This document shows positions 30,327 to 37,117 of a stretch of DNA of 37,117 nucleotides, piece by piece. The notes under the pieces were generated by a model. It did no database searches, was not told where the DNA came from, and saw only the letters and a list, made by a program, of their open reading frames with translations. How positions within the stretch are numbered: the stretch's first letter is position 1; each line of letters begins with the position of its first letter. Made by a program: the position numbers and the translations under genes. The DNA is from Nemertoderma westbladi (lineage: Eukaryota > Animalia > Xenacoelomorpha), in contig JAUCBJ010007784.1 in NCBI GenBank assembly GCA_032718475.1, positions 1-37,117 on the forward strand. Reading direction: 5' to 3'.

Positions 30327-30501
30327 CTTTTATACAAACTTGGTAAGCATATGATGAATAATCGTCTGTATTTATACATCGATATGTTTTTTCATCTACC
30401 AATGCCGCTTCACCATTGTAGTAGTTTTTGTAACAATCAGAGAAACATTCATATACATCTTCCTGACAGCAGCAGCCTGTTCTAGAAGTTCGTACATCAT
30501 T
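30327..30501 (-). CDS. Host gene exon: C-terminal half of the first Ig domain
   Basis: ttcttcacAG| ... |GTAAGA; 175 nt, phase 0-1, open: NDVRTSRTGCCCQEDVYECFSDCYKNYYNGEAALVDEKTYRCINTDDYSSYAYQVCIK; D-x-x-x-Y-x-C motif; joins the previous exon as WYK|ND. Confidence 0.8.
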
Positions 30502-31000
30502 CTGTGAAGAAAATATAATAGAAAATGCTACGTGTTATTTAAATATAATACTCGTAAGCACCAGTGCAGTAGGTGCAGTATTATAAGAAATACAAGATAA
30601 TAATGTTTGGGGGGAGGGAAGGATGTAGACACCATTTGGGTCACATTTAATAATAAAATTATCGAATGATTAATTAAATGTAAAATTTTATTGGAAATCC
30701 AAAATTATCGTGGTTCTTCATTATCTTGTTTTGTTCTGTAGATATCTACGTTTTAAGAATGGTTACTCTGATGATTTTTGCCTTCTGTGGTGGACAAATT
30801 TACATAAGAGTGATAGAATTCGATTGTTCCATTCAGGAACAGATCCTTGGCTATCAACTGCCAGATGCTCATTTATAACCCATATCATCAAGGTTATAAT
30901 TATATGTGCTGAGATGTGTGACTGTCATCCTTACTCTACTGCCTGACTAGAGTAGGCCTATTGTTAGCCAGAAGCCTAAAAAGTCAGGAAACAACTTCTA

Positions 31001-31255
31001 CTAGTCCGAGCGAGCTTGGACAGTAGAAATGAGATCCTTCCAGGCTTCCAGATTCTCCAGAGCAATTTCGATTCTCCCACCACCATTATTAACCCTTCCA
31101 AGTTGGTCTATAAATGTCATAGCCTGTCGTACACGGTTATGCTTTCCATGTGTTGGTTGCCAGAAATGTAGATCCGGTACGACCTCATGTTTACTTCCCC
31201 AGCAGAGACCACGGAATCTTAATCTGCGTTCACGGAGAGTGTTTGATACATTTGG
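31001..31255 (-). pseudogene. RTE-clade LINE 3' fragment in a host intron
   Basis: RERRLRFRGLCWGSKHEVVPDLHFWQPTHGKHNRVRQAMTFIDQL...LENLEAWK matches the RTE C-terminal RRLR.AGH..R...W.P..G.R..GR...W pattern. Confidence 0.75.
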
Positions 31256-31357
31256 TATTATGACATTGGAAAAAATGTACATATTTTTTCAAAGTAAGAA
31301 ATTGCTGTTGAAGTAACATTTATTGGCACCTAAACCGGCATTTCATTAGAAACTCAC

Positions 31358-31663
31358 CTTATACCATACTATATTGCTGCCATTTAAAGGACATTGAAGT
31401 TTAATTTCTCCATTCTTATAAAAAATTTTATATGGCTTATCAGTTGTTCGGTTCTTAGATAAATCGTCGGTGATATTGTCGAATAATCCCGAGTAATTTT
31501 CGCAGTTATCGCAGTCACAAGATGTCCCGCTGGTAGCCAACACTCCGCAAATCAGGAAATATATTAATATATGATAAATATTATCGTTGGAAATCATATT
31601 GCTAATCCAAATGTTGAAATACCTGAGATACCGGAGCGGAGAATTATGTAAGTAATTAAACAT
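31358..31663 (-). CDS. Host gene first coding exon: signal peptide plus start of an Ig domain (start ATG 31663 or 31597)
   Basis: Hydrophobic ILIYFLICGVLA, several N-glycosylation sequons, GEIKLQCPLNGSNIVWYK, perfect donor AAG|GTGAGT at 31357. Confidence 0.8.
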
Positions 31664-31862
31664 TTATTGATTTTATATCATCTATTATCTATTTTATATC
31701 TTCTTTTTGATTTAGTCTCGATGTCTTAAAGTTTTGTTAAATATTGAGTTTGTTGAATAGCGATCCAAATCAAGATTCTAAATGAAGAATAACTCACTAA
31801 TACAGAAAGCTTAATGAATTATTATTATATTTACAGCAATAAATAATTTATATAATTAATTA

Positions 31863-32905
31863 TACTAGAGACGGGCCTAGCGGCCCGTGAAGCAAGTCGT
31901 AGGCGACAGTAGGAGTCAAGTAAAGGAGTCAAGTTTGTTCTGTCTGATAATAAATTAGTGTGAGGGTAGTCCCGGTGGTGTACGAGAAATTTTCTAGACA
32001 ACTTCAAACTATAATTATTATGTTGTAATCATCTAATGATTTATAAAAGCTGTTGTTATTATAGAAGATAAGAGAGCAGTTAGCGAAATGATTATTTTAT
32101 TCTATCGGATAGAGTAGTCGGAGTCTCAGAGAGGAGTCGAGGTGTCAATTGATTAATAATAATAACAGCAGTTGTCATGAATTCAATACAATCGCGCACA
32201 AGAAGTGCTAAGAGAAATTCGTTCTTATTTTTGTAATAAATAAAACAAGTTGAGATGTTTCAATGTAAACCGCGTTTAACAATTTACACTGTTCAATGTA
32301 AACCACGATATTCGATATTAATTAAATACAACAATTATATTATTATTATAACAGATTTATATACAGTATTTCAAACTATAATGTTAGCCTTACGGAGAAT
32401 CATTATGAGGCTGATTAAACATTCAGTCTTATAAGCATACAGCCTTGCACGCCAATTAATTAACGTAACAGAGTGAGTAACCTTGTAGATTTTCCCTTAG
32501 GATGCATTGGGAAGAGTTATTCAGCTGAGACTGTAATAGCCAGCTAAACCAGTTAATGTTTGTTTACTGTTCGGGTTGTAGAGTAGAGTGATAATACTTT
32601 GCACACAGAAAGGAACTTCATTCACAGAATGCATTGAATGCATTACCAAGCCATCTCTATACATTTTTCATGAGTGCCAGCTTGTGTTTTTATTTTTATC
32701 TTTACGCCTATCTGCAATTTTCGTATTTTGGGGCTATTTTTCGAAATTTGAAAGTTGAGATGTTTCAATTTAAACCGTGATTTCACAAGTACCCATAGAA
32801 ATATATTTTTATTGTCCATGCAAAATTTCATCAAAATCGTTATCGCCGTTTTTGCTCTAGGTCAGTAGCCAGTAGCCACCAGTAGTCAGTAGTCAGTAGC
32901 TTTTT
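31863..32905 (+). mobile_element. Possible non-autonomous Helentron/DINE-1-like element
   Basis: Starts TACTAG with hairpin acgggc-ctagcg-gcccgt; caaaatttcatcaaaatcg core at 32821 followed by a CAGTAG(T/C) microsatellite and a T run; boundaries approximate. Confidence 0.4.
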
Positions 32906-33689
32906 TTTTTACAATAATCAAATAACAGACATAATTATTATCCAATTTATACTCAAATCAAGTAAAAGTTTCAGTATAATTAATTACATGTATTATGCGT
33001 CATAAACTTACTACATATAGATGTTACACATACATGATTTTCCTAAATTGGCAAACACATTGTCTAAAGTACAATTGTAATCGTTCTGAAATGTTGTTTT
33101 AAATTCTTAGCTAGGCCTGCCTGCATATCATAAGTAAATAATCACATAAATGTAACAGAGCAAAAGTCGAAGTGTCTGTTGTTAGTCAAAGTATGGGAAA
33201 AACATATAGAGATGATGTTAGGGGTATCTCTGTTTAATATAGAAAGTTAAGACTAAGGCCGGATATGTTCATAATAATAGGTTCTATATTCAAAGCTTTT
33301 CATGGCCATTATCAGTAGGAATACAAACGAATATGGTCAAATAAGAACCAAATATAGTATATCTATAATGTATTACAAATATATTACTTGCATGTACTAT
33401 CAACAAACACTACATTTTAATCTCAACTTTGAGTGCAGCTAAGGTACAAACAAGCTTGATTATTTCAATTTGAATTTTCCTATCTCTATTACCAATAAAA
33501 GCAGTACAAATGTGCACTCGGTAGTCCTATAGTACAAAAATATTTACTATTAGTTTAAATTTTTTTATTGAAAGAGTTTCTGTTACACAGCCTTCAAAAT
33601 TGGTCTCCATTGTACAGTACATTGCTTCAAAGCTATGTTAGGTTTTACCGTTAGGTTAGTTTTGACCGAAGCTAAAATTGCCAGAACTA

Positions 33690-34275
33690 ATGGTGGCCCT
33701 GAACCGCCACTACAAGAAAACAAATAAATCTAAAGCAAAACAACTCGTCTGGACGAGATGTTGTATGTGAACAACTCGTCCGGACGAGATGTTGTATGTG
33801 AACAACTCGTCCGGACGAGATGTTGTATGTGAACAACTCGTCCGGACGAGATGTTGTATGTGAACAACTCGTCCGGACGAGATGTTGTATGTGAACAACT
33901 CGTCCGGACGAGATGTTGTATGTGAACAACTCGTCCGGACGAGATGTTGTATGTGAACAACTCGTCCGGACGAGATGTTGTATGTGAACAACTCGTCCGG
34001 ACGAGATGTTGTATGTGAACAACTCGTCCGGACGAGATGTTGTATGTGAGCAACTCGTCCGGACGAGATGTTGTATGTGAACAAACTCGTCCTGACGAGA
34101 TGTTGTAGCAAGAACTCGTCCGGACAAGTTGTTGTAGCAACATCAACAACTCGTCCGGACGAGATGTTGTATGTGAACAACTCGTCCGGACGAGTGTTGT
34201 ATACCACATCTCGTCTGGACAAGTTGTTTTACTTTAGATAATTTTTTTCTTGCAGTGGCGGTTCAGGGCCACCAT
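33690..34275. mobile_element. MITE with ~45-bp imperfect TIRs and an internal minisatellite
   Basis: atggtggccctgaaccgccact(a/g)caagaaaa at both ends in inverted orientation; the right end reads TATGG, reminiscent of IS3EU termini (tentative); no clean TSD. Confidence 0.85.
33741..34222. repeat. 31-bp minisatellite, 11 near-perfect plus about 5 degenerate units
   Basis: caactcgtccggacgagatgttgtatgtgaa, containing the 14-bp palindrome CTCGTCCGGACGAG. Confidence 0.95.
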
Positions 34276-35159
34276 ACACAAACGGCTTAAAATACTTCCT
34301 TACATGAACAATGCTGTGATTTCTACAATTATTGATAAATGGAAACAGGTTTTCTGAACAGAGTTTCACTCAAGTGAACACATATTTGTGTAAATAAGGT
34401 ACATGTATCCATTAAATATATAAAAGAAAATTGTACTTTTAGATTACGGGATGTGGTTTTCATCCCACGCAAATTAATTATCATTGTAGCCATTCGGCCT
34501 GCTCTATGGTGTAATTCCGCAGACTCAGGAAGCAAATCAGTGGCCTTGAGCAACCTGGCAGGGAGGATAAGTAACTGACTACCGTGTCTGCCCAAAATAT
34601 CAGGTTTCCATATCACAAGATCGTGAACATGCTTACCTTTTACGTTATGACCGCCTAACTTTTGTGTGGCTTATGCTGGGTTTTGCTAATGAGGTGTCGT
34701 CACCTTTATTTCAGAACACATTGCTTACAGTATGCATGACTAGCGATTGCAACATAGTGTTTTCCAACATTCCAATCGGCGTAACTGTAATATTGATATC
34801 TGTATCATATTGATAACTGTAAATATTTACACATTTTTTTCATATATTATTTGCTATACTGGGACGCACTGTAGTTTCAATTTCACAGTGGTAAGCCTAG
34901 AAAGCGAGACAGTTTCCTGACTTATTCCGAAGGAGAAAAAAATAATATTTGAGTGTTAATTCGGAGTAATTGTTTTGTTCCTGTTTTCAGGTAACTGCCA
35001 AGAAAAGGATGCTTAGTTTTATGTTTCATTGTGCATAATATCGATGCCTTAATCCTATTAGTTCTTTGTGGGTTGCCCATAACGTACTATAAGTATTTCA
35101 TTTTTATCGTTGTTTTTTGGGGGTTTAATGATAAACCGAATCACATGGAATAGATTTAA

Positions 35160-36697
35160 CCCTATTAAACCCGGGGGGGGGGGGGTCAATATGACCCCCC
35201 CGTGGTTTTTTATTATAATTCTGAAACAAACGCAGTTGGGAATCTGAAATTTTATGACTTTTCCTAAAAAACTATTGTCTTCCTAGTAGTGAAAACTGTT
35301 TTCAAAAATATTGGGTAGTTTTCGAGTTATAGCACCATTTTTTAACCCTACTTTTGGCACTTTTTTTTGAGACTTTTTTGAAAATTACTTCCTGAAATAT
35401 GATTTGTAACATCTATATTTTTGATTTACACCGGTTTTTTGTTGTTAGCAATTGGGTGGAATTCATATATATTAATTTAGAAATTTAAAAGTTATTTTTT
35501 TCGGCGGGTGCCAAATTTTGGTGCAAGCACCAAATTTTGAAATATGTCAATTATGTAAATTGATTGTTTGAAACTTGTTTTTTACGCAATTGGGGTTTTT
35601 AGGGGTTCTGGTCTCGATGGAATATATACGAGTTGCACAAAGCGTATCAAACTTGTATTTTTTGGTGCTGTGTGAAAATTTTGGTGCTAGCACGAAATTT
35701 TGAAATTCCATTCAATAGATAAAATTGCTTGTGACAATTTATTTCTTTCGTTTTAGAGGTTTATGGCTGTTCTGAATTCAATGGAATATATAATTATCGA
35801 ACTAGACATCTCAAACTTGTATTTTTCGGAAGTGGGTGCAAAATTTGGTGCTAGCACCAAATTTTGAAAACCATATCAAATTTATCAATTGATTGCGTCA
35901 TTTTGTTTCTTGCGTTATACGGGTTTGTGAGGGTTCTGAATTCAATGGAATCAGTAAAAATTTCATAAGAGTTTTCAAACTTGTATTTTTCGCCGGTGGG
36001 TGAAAATTGTTGTGCCAGCACAATATTTTTGAAAATTAGCAAATTGTTCAGGAGATAGTATCATCTTGTTTCTTGTGTTATACGGGATTCTGAGGGTCCT
36101 GAATCCGATGGAATCAATAAAAACAGCACTGGACATAGCAGACTTGTACTTTTTGGGGATGGGTACGAAATTTGGTGCCTAGCACCATAATTTGCAAAAT
36201 TACGCCGAAAAATACAAGTAGCAATCATCTGGCATATTAGAAATGTATTCCATTAGAATCAGCGCCCTAGAAAACCTGAAAAATGTGAATTAAAAATTTT
36301 GTGTTCTATCTGAAAAGTGCTGGTTATTTGTTTTTTTCATTTTTTTCGTCCGCAGAGAGGACTAAACAAAACAGCAATTTATAGTAATCATATCATTTTT
36401 AACTATTTTCCAATGTATTTTGCGCCCCAGAAAACCTGTATTGAAAAACAATTAGCCGAAAAATGTAACTTTCAAATTTTGTGAAAATTGTGCACTACTT
36501 GTAATTTTGGTGCTGCAATATAACCACCCCAGTACATTTTTTCGAAATTTTTTTTTTCGGTCTGATCCAGACCTAATGATACCTACGTACAAACAAAAAA
36601 TCAGACGTTTTCGTAAAAATTTGTAGATTTTAGAGGGGGGTCAATATGACCACCCCCCCGTATTTGTACAACATTTTATAGCACGGTACTAATAGGG
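35160..36697. mobile_element. Non-autonomous piggyBac-like DNA transposon (1538 bp)
   Basis: TTAA|CCCTATTA ... TAATAGGG|TTAA; subterminal GGGGGTCAATATGACC at both ends; internal ~164-bp degenerate repeats with the TTTGGTGCTAGCACCAAA palindrome; no ORF. Confidence 0.8.
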
Positions 36698-37117
36698 TTA
36701 AAAGGAGGATATATGTCATTTTATTTCATCATAAAACGATTTTTCTTGTTGATCCAGTTTGTGCTATCATTTCATATTAGATAAGACAAATAAAATTCAC
36801 ATACAATATCTGCTCTATTGCTGCCATTTCATCCATAAATCTCTTAAAATGGATTCGTCAACTCATACATGATAGCTTCATCATTGTATAATAAAACACA
36901 GCTTTCTTCCTCATGTTAAAATATGTTATCTATCTATTATCGGTATGCTGTAATGAAGTTGCATAAAAGAATACGATTCCTTATCGAAAAAAAGAGGCGT
37001 TTCAAGGAAGTTTACGGCCGTCCACCATTTTTATTCTCTTCATAATTCTTTATTCTCTTATTCCGCAGGGCAATTTTTCAACAATTTTCAGCAACAATTT
37101 CATCGGGAATCATGAAC

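Noticed and set aside
33741-34222. CRISPR-like palindromic repeat array and its three overlapping ORFs
   Set aside because: Units are head-to-tail with no unique spacers, there are no cas genes and the context is eukaryotic; the ORFs are artefacts of a stop-free 31-bp repeat
34329-35000. Additional host exons (95-aa ORF, isolated splice-like sites at 34637 and 34990)
   Set aside because: Could not build a consistent open exon with both splice sites or a recognisable peptide

Overview
Eukaryotic (invertebrate-like) AT-rich genomic DNA dominated by three LTR retrotransposons that lie within or just beyond a minus-strand host gene encoding a signal peptide and Ig domains (exons 31358-31663, 30327-30501, 9141-9311). 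Element A (minus, 1-8711, 3' end outside the window) is a BEL/Pao derivative with gag and protease but with RT and integrase deleted in frame. Element B (minus, 11487-15995) is an intact, young, compact Ty3/Gypsy element with non-canonical TATA...TATA termini, a GGGAAAC -1 frameshift, an FRDD RT motif and a PBS matching the 5' end of tRNA-Lys. Element C (plus, 16069-30315, TSD TTAAC) is a 14.2-kb BEL/Pao element with a decayed gag-pol, a 17-copy mini-hairpin array and an open extra ORF encoding a DEDDy-like 3'-5' exonuclease plus three CCHC knuckles. Both BEL elements lack a TGG-type PBS and instead carry the reverse complement of their PBS inside their own LTR, suggesting self-priming. The remainder holds LINE/SINE fragments and non-autonomous DNA elements. 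All assignments come from manual motif reading; no database search was run.
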